From NCBI GenBank assembly GCA_973895155.1, contig OZ316892.1, positions 2,793,223 through 2,857,222 of the forward strand: a stretch of DNA of 64,000 nucleotides. The letters are read 5' to 3'. The DNA comes from Marsupella aquatica (lineage: Eukaryota > Plantae > Marchantiophyta). The translations under genes and the position numbers were made by a program. A model generated the notes under the pieces. It searched no databases. It was not told where the DNA came from and saw only the letters and a list, made by a program, of their open reading frames with translations. Below are positions 1-12,243 of the stretch, in pieces. The stretch's first letter is position 1, and each line of letters begins with the position of its first letter.

Positions 1-805
1 ATTTCACTATGAGCTGAGAGAGTTTTGAGTGGGAGGCAGCGTTTTTTGTAGAGGCAAAAATTGGCCAACTTCATCTCCCCAAAAGCTTAGCCACTTTTTG
101 CTAAAATTCGCTAGTGTTTTACTGTCTCAGTAGCCAGTGTCCCACCTAGTCACAGGCCCCATTAGCCAGAATCTAATGGTCACCGTTAACTCTAGGGAGA
201 TCTGACACTAGGGAAATAACCAGATAAGGAAGATTTTGAGCATCTTCTCCTTCACACACAGAATATTTACTCACTGGCAAAAAAGCAAAAAACCTAAAAC
301 ATAAGCTGGTGGCGGGGGCAGGGGGGGAGGGCAGTGCGGTATTGGGTTGGTGTTAGGTGTTGGTGATCTTGGGGAGCTGCGCTGTTTTGGATTGGGGGTG
401 GTGTTTCATATAGTCTGAGATTCTTCGCTTAAGCTCCTCTCCTTGTTGTGTTTTCTCTATTCTGTTGTTTAGTTTTTTATTTTTGTCATTTCTTTGTCTT
501 GGCCTTGCTTCCCAGATAGGTATTTTGGCTTCCTCTCCTTGTTGCGTTCTCTCTACTTTTTCTGTTGTTTAGTTTTTTATTTTCATCATTTCTTTGTCTT
601 CGCCTTGCTTCCAGAGATGGAGTCTTCTCGTTTGTGTCTTTATTAGAGTGGTTTTTTTGCTTGTTTTTTGTAATTAATGACCCCCAATAGCTTGTTAGGG
701 GAAGACGATAGAACTCGATTGGAAAAAACTGGACTCCCTTGCAGATCATGCTCGATTTTTCACTCCATCGTTTCTCTTATGAATCTCTTCAGGAACATAA
801 AGTAA

Positions 806-883
806 CGCCTCCCTGAGCTATATATGCAGAGTTTTCGCCACCCTGAGCTATAGATGCAGAGTTTTCGCCTCCCTGAGCTATAG
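806..883. repeat. 30-bp tandem repeat (~2.6 copies)
   Basis: Unit CGCC(T/A)CCCTGAGCTATA(T/G)ATGCAGAGTTTT is repeated directly. Confidence 0.9.
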
Positions 884-901
884 TTCCTCCATCGGCAGTC
901 T

Positions 902-909
902 CATTCTCT

Positions 910-941
<32 letters not shown>
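902..941. repeat. (CT)n microsatellite upstream of the COMMD3-like CDS
   Basis: Visible CT dinucleotide run. Such runs are common in plant 5' leaders. Confidence 0.9.
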
Positions 942-1365
942 GAGCAGCTGATCAAATCCGCTGATGAGGATGGTCGATGAGATTCGGTTCTGCAATTGAG
1001 CCCTGTGGGTTGCAAAACAATACTGCCAGCAATTCTGTAGCAAGTAGGGCGGCAGTGTGTAGGCACACTATGGTGTGGTGGTTTGGTAATAGATGACGTT
1101 TTAGTCCATGACAACATGCTTCCAAGAGAATACGAACTCAACAGCCGTTTGGTCATCAGAGGAGTAGATGCCACTCAATATCCCTCTCTTTGGTCTCTGA
1201 ACTCTTCTTCCCGTACTGGAATCGGCACGTAGGAGGGTTTGATAATCAGATGTAGGGTTTAGGCAGAATTTGGGAAGCGTAGGGACATCTTTGCGAAGGA
1301 CTAGTCTGGTCGATGTGGGGCAAAATCGTTTCGAGCAGGACTCCGTGAGGAGTGACAATTCTGCA

Positions 1366-1962
1366 ATGGTTTCAATTGATGTGGGAGAGGATGCCATTTA
1401 TGCCCTGTCAGCCATCGACACCTCGGCTGATGATAGCCATTTGGAAGCACTCGGAATGGCAGCCCTGGCGGTCATATTAGGGTTGGAGAGGGAAGACACT
1501 GCTCTCGTGGGGCCTAAATTTGAAGAAATGGATGTGGATTTCATCAAGAGTATCTATTCCGCCCTGGTATGTGTGTTCCTCGAGGCATCCAAAAATGATG
1601 TTTCTCAAACAGAGATTCTCTCGTTTCTGAGAAGTGAGTGTGGGTTCACGGAGGCCAAAGGGGAGATCATTTCTCGGCAATTTGCAGAGAGAAAGGATGA
1701 GCTTCGAGGTCTTCTGGCCCAAACTGGGAATCACAGCTACCTTCCCCAGCTGGAGAGTGTTGACTGGAAGCTGGAGTATTGTATGCCTTCACCTGATAAT
1801 GGGAGCGTGAGGGAGCTTTTGTATCGTGTAGGGTTGAAGCTCATCGATAGGGAGAAAGGCCAGGAAGACAGGATTGAGTTCATTGCAAGCGTGGAGGAAT
1901 TGCAGGAGCTTGTGTCTGGGTTGAAGGATGCTTGCAAGTCAGTGGAAAGAGCCCTTAGATGA
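1366..1962 (+). CDS. COMMD3: COMM domain-containing protein 3-like (Commander/CCC complex subunit), 198 aa, no intron in the CDS
   Basis: First ATG at 1366 within ORF 1270-1962. The C-terminal COMM domain LPQLESVDWKLEY...IEFIASVEELQELVSGLKDACKSVER closely resembles animal COMMD3 as recalled (LPHITDVSWRLEY...ISFSCSMEQLQDLVGKLKDASKSLER). The N-terminal FLEASK and length also fit. Confidence 0.85.
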   Translation: MVSIDVGEDAIYALSAIDTSADDSHLEALGMAALAVILGLEREDTALVGPKFEEMDVDFIKSIYSALVCVFLEASKNDVSQTEILSFLRSECGFTEAKGEIISRQFAERKDELRGLLAQTGNHSYLPQLESVDWKLEYCMPSPDNGSVRELLYRVGLKLIDREKGQEDRIEFIASVEELQELVSGLKDACKSVERALR

Positions 1963-2649
1963 GCGATTTTTTACGCTCACTTGCCGAAAATCACTCACCA
2001 AATTCGGTGGGCCTACATTTCAGCTAGTGGAAGAGAAAATTCATTTCTTGGTAGGGCTGGAATTCAGGACTCGGCTTTCTAATGTGTGCATGGTAGACAT
2101 TGGAAGTGCCCGCAAACCTGACTGAAGCGATTAGGATTCGTAGTCAGTGTCATCAGGCTCTTCCGGGATGGATCTGGGGATTCTGGAGAAACAACGCGCG
2201 TAGAGAAAATCAGTGGGTTCATGGTCCGGTGTGATTTGGAGGGTACATTGAAGTCAGTCGCCAGCAACAGAAATGGTTAGCACTTTAATTCACGGATTGA
2301 CGTGAGGGCTATGCAAGAAATACCACCGACGGTGAAGCAGTTTCCGTACACTAAAGAAATGCATCTAAGTAGCGGTTTGTTAGCATCCACTGACGCAGAC
2401 CTGCTTGGCCACGAAATTCCAAGAGATACGTACTTTGTTCAAGCAGTTCCTCCAGAGACATCTTCTTGGCCACGAGAATTTCTCTCCTCGATGCATTGGA
2501 TTCTCGAATTCCCCAGAATCAATTTCCTTCTTTGACTATGGATATACCAAGAAAGGTGGGCTCTTTGCGTTCAGATTTTTGAGCAGCGGTGCCATTCTTC
2601 ATGCCTTTGAAAGACCCTAAACCCTAAACTCTTCATGCCTTATCGACAA

Positions 2650-5600
2650 TTTCAATTATGATGGAGTACGTATTGAAAGTGCGTACGAAAGCTCCAACTC
2701 TTCTTAGCTCTCAACAACATAGATGGCTTGTATTGAAAGATATTCATTGAGACATTCATAACCTGTGTTCGTGCAATGTGGGTCAGACCTGGATCTGCAC
2801 TCATTACAGCAGAATCTCGACATGCGATCATTTCGACCCTGCATGGCAGGAAAGCTGTGTATTCGCCCAATGTGTACTGCCGGTGAGCAGTGTTAACATA
2901 TCTTAGAGCAGGAGAAATGTCTTGCAACCGTGAGTTGCTGATTGAATAAGAAGCCGCTGGCCTCCACATTTTTAATGTGTTCAATTTCATCAACTTTCCT
3001 TAAGTATTGTATGGATATTTTAGAAGTCGCGGAGAAGAGCGAAAATCTGTTAAGGGACTCTATTCCTCATCTGCAAATCCTTTCGTGCTTCCTGCACATC
3101 CGTTCGTGCTTACGTGGTTTTCAAATCTGGACATGAAAAATGGATTGGAAACTGAGGAAGAAGGCACTACGATAATATTGCGAACCTTTTCTAAGTGGTT
3201 AGATAGACGACCATCTGACACGAATAGTTTCGACTGACTTGGAGACTCCTTTGTTTTCTCTTTAATATCAACAAATGCATCTCACTAGTTTGAAGTCCAA
3301 CACAAAAATGATCGCAGATGCATCTCTGTTGGGATTCCATTCAATCTCACATTTCCTTGGATCCCACGAGTCCCAACATAAGAGTACACAATCTTTTGCA
3401 CTTCTGATTCTCGCAGCTCTCTGGCGCTTCATGTCAGCTTTGATTCCAATGCATGGGATATCTGTGGCTCTTTACCCTTAACAAAATGTATACTCAACTC
3501 TCTTCCAGGCCAGGTCAACCTGTTAAGAAAGCTTTGAGGTGATCGCCCCCACCCCTTTTCAAATCAAAAGCTGTCTATTTTCGTCAGCTCAGTGATCAGA
3601 TAGATGCTTCTTCACTCCCTGTCTGCCCCTTTTACTCTTTGATCACGAATACGTCTCCTCACCATTATTCACAACTCTGGCACAGGGTTGGGATCTGGAA
3701 CCAAGTATTATCTGAACGCTCTTGAACGTTTCTCTTCACCGGTACAGCTCCATAGCTAACGGTCGAACAAAAACAGGATTTATAACCTCGGGCTTACTTG
3801 CCTATCCTCCGGAAGAAAGTCTGACGTCGGTGGATAGGGCTGCTTCACATTGGTTTGGTCTTTGGCATATTGGCCAGAACACAAAGCTGCAGTGAGCTCA
3901 CTTTTTCTTCCCAGGCTCTCGACTTAAACCTGCTTCCCAAAGGGACTTGATGTACTCCCGCATATAGTAGAACTTCTTACTTCCCAAATCGTGCAGGTAG
4001 TTCCATGTGTATATTCCAGTGTCATGTGTATCGTCATAAATGATTCTGCGCACAGCACGCATACTTCAGTTGAAAGGAAATACAATGAGCCTGATGCAAA
4101 AGTTTGAAACAGAGCCAAAGGAGACCTTTTTACAGTCCATCTACTCGTCACTATCCAAAGACACGATATTACAGAGAGCCATCGAAACAAAAAATATCAA
4201 TTGTTTCCTGATTGGAATACACTCGGGGACAATACCCGGGGACAATACCTGATGCCATACTTTCCAACTGGCTCTATCCCTAATATATGAATATGCCGTC
4301 TTCCAGATATGACCTGCGTTTTGCTCAGTAAAAACATGAAATCGTTCAGAGCTTTCAAGTGCAACTAATTTGCGAAAAATCAAAAAAGCTTGACTCTAGC
4401 TCTTAGGTTTACACCAACAATTACTCGTCGCTTGGGCTCAGTGGAATTGACCATTGTTACTCGACCTCTAAGATACAACCACAGGGCCATAAATATCATA
4501 CTGCAAAGAACAAAAGGCGCCTTACCAGGAGACAGGATCCCGAAGGCAAGAAACCCAATAAAGCAAGACAACAATGAAAAAATCCGGGATTCCAAAAGAG
4601 CAAAAAGCCAAAAGGTATTGAATACAAATGAAAAGCCACTCCTTTGCGGGCACATCAAGGCGTGGGCTCCAAACCTTCTTCTTTCCTCTTGCCGTGGTCC
4701 GCATGCTATCAGCGGAAGGGCTGTAAACCCGTAAGAACTCTGCTGAGAAGCATAGCTTCTGTCCTTGGTCATATTCGAGCTCTAAACCCTGCCAAATCAA
4801 AGACCAAACCTCAATTCCAATCTAGGCTTACAAATTTAGAAAACCATGCTTACCTTCTGAACTTCGGAGAACTAACAGAATGCAATTAAGAACTCAATTG
4901 TTGAGAGTATGAGATCTTTGATCGTAAACCATCTAGTGGCGAGAACGGTCTGATTCAGAGAGCTACGAGGCGAATTACTAAGCTTTTGCGACTCACATTG
5001 CCTACACCACGGTCACAGAGGGCCAGTATCCTTTTCCAGGTTGAGATTCGGTAGCCGGAGACATTCAATCCATTTTTAAAACTGAAGTTCAATAATTAAA
5101 TACTCATTTACAAAAGAAATACCGTCAGAACGCAACGCAATTTCTCGAAAAAGGTTCACTTCTAGGTCACCAGAATCTGAAACGACTTCCAGAAACTACG
5201 AGCAGACAATTGTAAATGCTGGGCAAGGATGTCCCTGAATTTAGTTCGCAAATGCCATTTACTCCAGAGTTCTGAGAAGAAACCCGACGATTGTACAAAA
5301 CAAACACAACCTCTAACCACAAACGGCTTCCGCAGAGACGATAAAAAATGAAACTAATCCTCACAAACCTTATCAACCACCAACATCTTCATCTTTCTTG
5401 GAAAGAAATAATACCGCCCCATGCGATTTCAACATAAGTCTGGCAGAAATTAGGTACCAAGGGTGATTGGCTTTCCAACTATGAAGCACTCTACCTCAGG
5501 ACCTGTCACTCTAAGAAACGACCCCTAAACAGGCAGAAACTCCTAGATTCAAGAGAGCAGAAAAGAATCGATCAGGAATGGCATGAGGGAAGGCGCTCAG

Positions 5601-5900
5601 ATGAACAGACCCACCTTGTAGGAAGGGCTTGGCGAGGAAGCTTTGAGCAAACTGATACTGGCAGGGCGGACGGAAGAAGCAGAGTACACTTCTCGTTGCA
5701 GAATCCCACAAATCCTGCTACCTGCTGCCACTGCTCTCCTCGCTTTCATCATCCTCTTCCCTTCCTTCCCGCTTCTCTTAGAAACTCAAAATCTATGTCC
5801 ATGGCCGTTGGAAGACATGATAACATACTGGGATTGTGACCCAGAATGAGGTCTGCCAAACATCGAATTATCTACAGAACTTTTCATTCTCAGTAAGATG
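2650..5900 (-). mobile_element. Heavily degraded non-LTR retrotransposon (RTE-like LINE) remnant
   Basis: Minus-strand fragments occur in the expected order: RSFWKSF (~5180), NLRARV (like LRAKGQAGFR, ~4400), VLLYAG (like LLYADD, ~3960), AWKRVE (~3500) and a Cys-rich C-terminal remnant (~2800). There are many stops and frameshifts, and the boundaries are approximate. Confidence 0.5.
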
Positions 5901-6633
5901 CTTGTGTGCTATCCCCAACATTTGTTCAAGCTCAGGAAAACACTGCAGGTGAGACTGTGCCTAGAGTAAAAATGAGAGCTGAAAGTTGGTTGCTTTGATG
6001 CTGCCTAGTAATGTTCTCTTAGACTTTCTTTCACAGCCAGGCATCATGACCTTTTGCATCATGAGCTCCTCAAGTCCTTACTAACGCCAAATGGATTGTG
6101 ACACGGCGCTTCTCAATGCTTCGCAATTCTTAGAGTGTTAAATTGCAGGTTGGTGAATGTTGCAGTGAAATGTGTAGTTAAGTGAACCCCTTCATAAGAG
6201 CATGTATTCATGAACACTCTTATTGCTCACAAAGAACACAAAATGAGCCAACCCCATTAACCACAACTTGCCCTATATAAGGGGAAGTGTCTAAGACCTC
6301 CCCCTTTGTCCACATTTCAATCATTGTTCTCCTCTAGCATGCCAGTTTGTGTTGAACTTGTGTTGAACTAAGACGTCATTCGCAACGACCATACAACCAT
6401 GACTCATTCCATGCACACATAGTCGACACAATCTTTACGTGGTTCACCTCTTCTCCAAGGCTACGTCCATACGAACACTCAAGCTTTACTTCAAGAGTAG
6501 ACGAACACACATGCTCTCCCTCTTTCTCAAGTTGCTCCATTACAATGAGTAAGCACCACACCTCAGCGGCTTACACTAGCCCTGGTATATACAAGATCAC
6601 ACACGACTAACCTAACCTCAGCTAAGACCCTAA

Positions 6634-7054
6634 TGTTGAGCATAGACGACGATCGCAACGGCAAGCCCATGAACCATCCAACGCACAATAGTCGACACAA
6701 GAGATACGTGGTTCACCTCCTTGAGGCTACGTCCACGGGAACACACAAGAGAGCTTTACTGAACTCTAAGCCCGTCAGCTATACCGAGTCTCCACAGTGT
6801 AAGCTCTCCCTATCTCTCAAGTGGCTCCATAACAATGAGCCTTGGTTCTACCTCTCCAAGCACACATGCCTCTTATGATATAGTGTGCAACTTAGTTGTA
6901 CCTAACCACATAGTTGTACCTAATCACGTAGTTGTACCTAACCACATAGTTGTACCTAATCACGTAGTTGTACCTAACCACGTAGTTGTACCAACCCACG
7001 TTGTTGTACCAACCACGTCATACCTAACCTAGACGTAAGAGTAAATACCCAACA
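6634..7054 (-). repeat. 3' LTR of copia element (421 bp)
   Basis: TG...CA ends, adjacent to the PPT, identical to 12244-12664. Confidence 0.97.
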
Positions 7055-7244
7055 ATCTTCCCCTTGACTCTGGTCTAGGGGAGAGTAATACTGCCAATGT
7101 ATATGATCCCTCAACGGGAAGTTCTGGACAAAAACCAAACTGGTTTCCCTCTCTAACTAGAGCAAACCAGAACTAAGCCGTAGCCTAATACATAGGAATG
7201 AGGAAGAGCATATATCAGTAATTACAATGAATGTTAAGAAAACT

Positions 7245-10200
7245 CTACTTGTGATGCAATTGCAAAACCTGCAATACGTCACGGTGTCTAGAGAAACTCT
7301 CCAAAGGAATCACTTTGGTAAATGCGTCAGCCGGGTTGAGTTTACCATCAATCTTGACTAGCTCAAACAAATTATCAGACACAGCCTGCCTGATAAAATG
7401 GTACCTGACATCAATGTGCTTCACTCTGCTGTCCATCACCTGGTTCATAGCAAGGTGGAGCGCACTTTGACTATCACAATGGAGCTTCACATTCCCCTGT
7501 GGCAATCCCATTTCAGTGATAAGTCTATCCAACCAAATCGCTCCCTTTGCTGCTTCCGCAGCTGCAACATACTCCGCTTCTGTAGTAGACTGAGCAATAC
7601 ACTTCTGCAAAGTAGACCTTCAACTTATGCATCCACCGCCAAGTGTGAACACGTATCCTGTTGTTGATCTCCTTCGGTCCAAATCTTGTCCATAGTCAGA
7701 ATCTACATAGCCAATCAATGATCTAGCATTCTTTGCATTCGCATCAAATAAAAGACCATGATCCACGGTACCCTTCAAGTACCTGATAATCCACTTCACT
7801 GCTTCCCAGTGTACCTTCCCTGGATTCGACATGTACCTGCTCACCTTGCCCATAGCCATGGCAAGATCAGGTCTAGTGCAAGTCATCAAATACATGAGAC
7901 TCCCCGCTGCCTTGTCATATGGAACCTTTGACATCAACCCCTTCTCTGTGTCATCCGTAGGACAGAACGTTGATGATAACTTGAAGTGTGGAGCCAACGG
8001 GGTACTTACTGGCTTGCTATTCTCCATGTTGAACCTTGCAATTACCTTCCTCGCATAACTGCTCTGCGTCAACCATAGCTTGCCAGCCTCCAAGTCCCTA
8101 GTGATCTCCATACCCAAAATCCTCTTAGCTGGCCCTAAGTCCTTCATCTTAAACTCTGCACTAAGCAGTGCCTTGAGCTTAACAATCTCAGACCTATCCT
8201 TGGCTGCAATTAGCATGTCATCCACATAAAGTACTAAAATAATGAACCCAAAGACAACATTCTTCACCGGTTTCAAATACACACAAGGGTCAAATACACT
8301 TCTGTGAAAACCTTGTGACCGAATCCAATCGTCAAACCGCTTGTTCCACTGTCTTGGTGACTGCTTCAACCCATACAAGGATTTCAGCAATCTGCAAACC
8401 AATTCCTCCTGTCCTCTCTTCACAAAACCTAGCGGTTGTCTCATGAAGATCACCTCTTCCAATGTGCCATAGAGGAAAGCTGTGACAACATCCATCTGAT
8501 CTAGGAGCAGACCAAACATTACAACAAGTACACACAATAGTCGTATTGTAGAGTACTTAGCAACTGGTGAGAAGACCTCATTGTAATCCACACCTTTCTC
8601 TTGTGTGAATCCCTTTGCTACCAATCTAGCCTTGTAGACCTTCGATCCACCTCCTATGGAATTATCCTTCAGCTTGTAAATCCACTTGCTGTCCACCACT
8701 TGTTGACCCTTAGGCAGCTTAACAAGCTCCCAAGTTTTGTTGTCCTTTAGTGACTGCATCTCCGTTTGCATTGCTGCAGTCCACTTCTGCTTCTCTTTTG
8801 AAGCACTTGCCTCATGAAATGAAGAAGGTTCTCCTTCTTCCAAAATTAACGCATCACCCTCATCATCAGCTGTAAAATCATCCTCTTGCAGTTGAGATGA
8901 ATCAACCCACTGTCCATACCTTGATGGAGCGCGTACAGTGCGACCAGATGTTCTTCTAGCCGATGACTCCGGTTGATCTGCGTGTGCTGGTACAATTTGA
9001 AGCTCAACAGCATCCACTTGTTGCTCACCAGCATCAACAAACTCCTCTGGTTCCTCTGGCATAGGAACCAGCTCCATAATTGGAGCAACTCCTTCTCTCC
9101 GGTCATGCACCTCATAACCAATCTCCCCCTCAACGAGATCCGGGATAGGAGATTTTCCTTTGTCAGTACGGGAGACCTGAGTATTCTCCCCCTCCTTCAA
9201 TAATCTGGATTCATTGAAGGAAACATCCCTACTGACAACGAGCTTACAGGCAATAGGATCCCATAGCCTATAGGCTTTCACACCACTCTGGTACCCAAGA
9301 AAAACATATTTCCTGGAGGTAGGATCCAACTTGGTCCTATTCTGCTTTGGTGTGAGAGCATATGCATCACTTCCAAAAATTACCAAGCCATGATAGTCTG
9401 CTTGCCGCTTATAGCGCATCTCAAACGGCGTTTTGAAATTGATAGCACTAGAAGGAGAAAGATTTACCAAATAAGCTGCGGTATTGACAGCTTCTGCCCA
9501 AAATTCTTGTGGTAAACCTGATTGGCTCAACATACTCCGTGACCGCTCCAACAGTGTCCGATTGAGCCTCTCAGCGACACCATTCTGCTGCGAAGTATAA
9601 ACTATGGTGAGATGGCGAGTTATCCCCTGTTCTGAATAGTACTCTTCAAATTCCATTGAAGTGTACTCCCCGCCGTTGTCTGACCTCAGACTCTTCACCC
9701 TTGTATCCAAACACTTGATCGTGTTTCCAGTTTGATTCTCCACCTGGGCCTTCCACTTCTTAAAAATGGACAAGACATCAGACTTATGCGTCATGAAATA
9801 AATCCACACAAATCTTGAGTAATCATCAATAAATGATACATAGTATAACTTTCCAGAGTGTGAGGGAGTCGGGGATGGACCCCACACGTCACTATGTATG
9901 TACTCAAGAACCGCTTTGGAACGATGAGTTCCAACACCAAAAGCACGACGATGCTGCTTTCCAAGAATGCAATGCTCACAAAACTCTAATTTACAAGATT
10001 GCAAATCAAAAATGAGTCCATTCTTCCGTAAGATAGCCAAACCCTTCTCACTCATGTGGCCTAGCCGTGAATGCCACAGTTGAGTCATCTCCTCGTGAGA
10101 CTTGGTTACATTGGCCTCTCCACATACAGTATTGCCCTGTAACACATACAAATTCTATTGTCTACTCCCCTTCAAAATCACTGTCTCTCCCGACCTGACT

Positions 10201-10517
10201 TGAAGTTCACCATCAATAACGCTCCATTGATGACCATTTGAATCCAACACACCGAGTGAAATCAGATTCTTACGCATGCCAGGTACATACCTGACTCCAG
10301 ACACTGTGCGCACAGCGCCATCAAACATTTGAATCTTCACAGACCCAATTCCCTCAATTTGACAGGAGTGATCATTTCCCATCAGAACTGAACCGTTTGA
10401 AACAGAGTAAGAACTGAAAAACTCACGAATGTAACAAATATGAAAAGAGCAAGCACAATCAAGAATCCACACATCATCTGCTCTCCTAGATGACGTGCAC
10501 AGGGCATACCCCCGGCT
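7245..10517 (-). pseudogene. pol: Copia Pol (PR-GAG_pre-integrase-INT-RT-RNaseH) with two in-frame nonsense codons
   Basis: Motifs WILDCACSFH, LWHSRLGHMSE...CEHC, HSDVWGP, LRSDNGGEY, QQNGVAER, YKARLVAKG, LYVDDM, GYVDSD, TEAEY, KHIDVRYH all lie in one frame. The frame is interrupted by TAG at 10155-10157 and TGA at 7620-7622 (GCIS*RS, normally W). Confidence 0.93.
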
Positions 10518-11537
10518 TCATAAAACATACTCATCATTGAGTAAATCAGCTTCTCCATCAGCCCTAGCCACATTTGCCGATGAAGTTTCCGCTGCCTTTC
10601 CCTTACAGTCTCGCTTGAAGTGTCCAACTTGGTTGCACTTCCAACATGTCACCTGCCTCCTCTGAGGGGATTTACCCTTGGACTTAGATCTGGATTTAGA
10701 TCTAAACTGGGTTCTACGGTCCCCAGTTGGTCGCTGCATACTCCTCCCACGGTTAACATTGAGGGCAGCACCAGATGATGAAGGCTGTGACGTGATGTGC
10801 ATCTTCTGCTGAAGATCATCACTAAGCAGAGAACTTACCACGTCATTGTATGAAATGGTATCCCTATCACGATGCAACAACACTCGTGATAGGGACTGGT
10901 AAGATGGAGGCAATGAACTAAGAAGCTGCAGAGCCTTCGTCTCATCATTCAAAGTCTCCCCAAGGTTTTCCAAGTCAACGACCATGTCGTTGAAAGCATC
11001 CACATGGTCTTGCAACTTTGTACCAGATTCCTTCATCCTGAAACTCATCAGTTTGTAGGAAGTGTAGAGCCGGTTCGACAACTCCTTGCGGTGATACTTG
11101 CTCTGCAATTCCGCAAACAAGGACATGCAATCCTTATGTGCACCTAACTGTTTGATGATGGGAGGCATGAGATAGAGTGTAACACACCACACTCCCTGCT
11201 CCTGCATGCGGTCCCATTGTTTCTCATCAACATCGTCTTTACGAGGGCTCAGCAGTTGGCCCATCCCTGACGCATAAAGCACTCCCTTCACCTGCTTCTC
11301 CCATAGCAAGTAGTCAGAGCGCCCATCATACTTGGGTCCCCCAAGCTTGAAAGTCCCCATCTTCTTCTTTACCGTGAGCTCCGGTAGTAGTACTGCTTCC
11401 TCCACCACACGCCGCACCGGTGATGGTATCGGTGTCACGTGCTCTTCCTCCTGCTCCTCTCTCTGCCCCTGAAACCTCCGCGGTGATCCTCGTGCTTCAA
11501 GTTCCACGTCTTCGAAAAACTCCTCCGAATCACTCAT
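10518..11537 (-). CDS. gag: Copia Gag (339 aa) with CCHC zinc knuckle
   Basis: KYDGRSDYLLWEKQVKGVL, UBN2-like core LLSSLPPSY, and knuckle CWKCNQVGHFKRDC. Ends at TGA in frame with pol. Confidence 0.92.
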   Translation of the reverse strand: MSDSEEFFEDVELEARGSPRRFQGQREEQEEEHVTPIPSPVRRVVEEAVLLPELTVKKKMGTFKLGGPKYDGRSDYLLWEKQVKGVLYASGMGQLLSPRKDDVDEKQWDRMQEQGVWCVTLYLMPPIIKQLGAHKDCMSLFAELQSKYHRKELSNRLYTSYKLMSFRMKESGTKLQDHVDAFNDMVVDLENLGETLNDETKALQLLSSLPPSYQSLSRVLLHRDRDTISYNDVVSSLLSDDLQQKMHITSQPSSSGAALNVNRGRSMQRPTGDRRTQFRSKSRSKSKGKSPQRRQVTCWKCNQVGHFKRDCKGKAAETSSANVARADGEADLLNDEYVL

Positions 11538-12243
11538 ATGAGAAAGTCACAAAAAATGTTGTTTTTCACAACTTCTCAAAAAACTCGAAACTCAACACCG
11601 CCGCGTAGCCCACAAAGCTAGGAGTCCAATACTGAAAACCAAAATCAAAATCGAAATTTGACGGAAAAGTTATTCAAATTTCAGTCGAGGTGGGTAAAAC
11701 CTTGGGAAACTCCCCCGTTTTGACCACCTCAGGGAATAACCGAAATACCAAGTACAACCCGTTGTCGGAATTGCGATGTGATTGGTGCGCTGCATTGCCA
11801 ACTTCAATGGCTACGACCTCACTTGTCAACAACGAATGTTGATCAATTGCACTTGGTGCCGTCACCAAGTCCAACAAGGTAATTGATTTTGCTTAGCCTT
11901 CCTCTTTGCATCAAAGAGCCAATCCCGGACTCAAAAACAATCGTCTTGCCTCAATCTCTCCGTTGAGTCAAAACACTTGACGCTTCTCCCTCCGAGTCGA
12001 TTGCCAACTTTCTTCACAAAATCCAGAACGACGAAAACTTAGATCTCTCTGCACCACGAGCTCCGTTCAACGATTTCTTCACACCGTTAGAAAGCTCTTA
12101 CCCTGATCTATCCGTTGAGCCCATAAACTCCAAGTTCCATGCGATGGAACTCTGGAAAATCCACCGACACTCAACGCTGGAAAAACCGTAATGAAATCCC
12201 GTCACGAACACACGTCACCTCCCAAGCATGCTCTGATACCAAT

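Noticed and set aside
1270-1365. N-terminal 32 aa of the 230-aa ORF call
   Set aside because: The called start is TTG. The first ATG at 1366 gives a 198-aa protein matching COMMD3 length.
6633-7032. Small ORFs (81 aa, 65 aa with VVPNH repeats), duplicated at 12243-12642
   Set aside because: These are translations of the LTRs and their 18-bp repeat on the non-coding strand.
7620-10520. RNA editing as a way to repair the three copia stops
   Set aside because: Restoring W at 7620 needs A-to-I editing, while plant U-to-C editing is organellar. There is no evidence for either in a nuclear TE, and ordinary transition mutations explain at least two of the stops.
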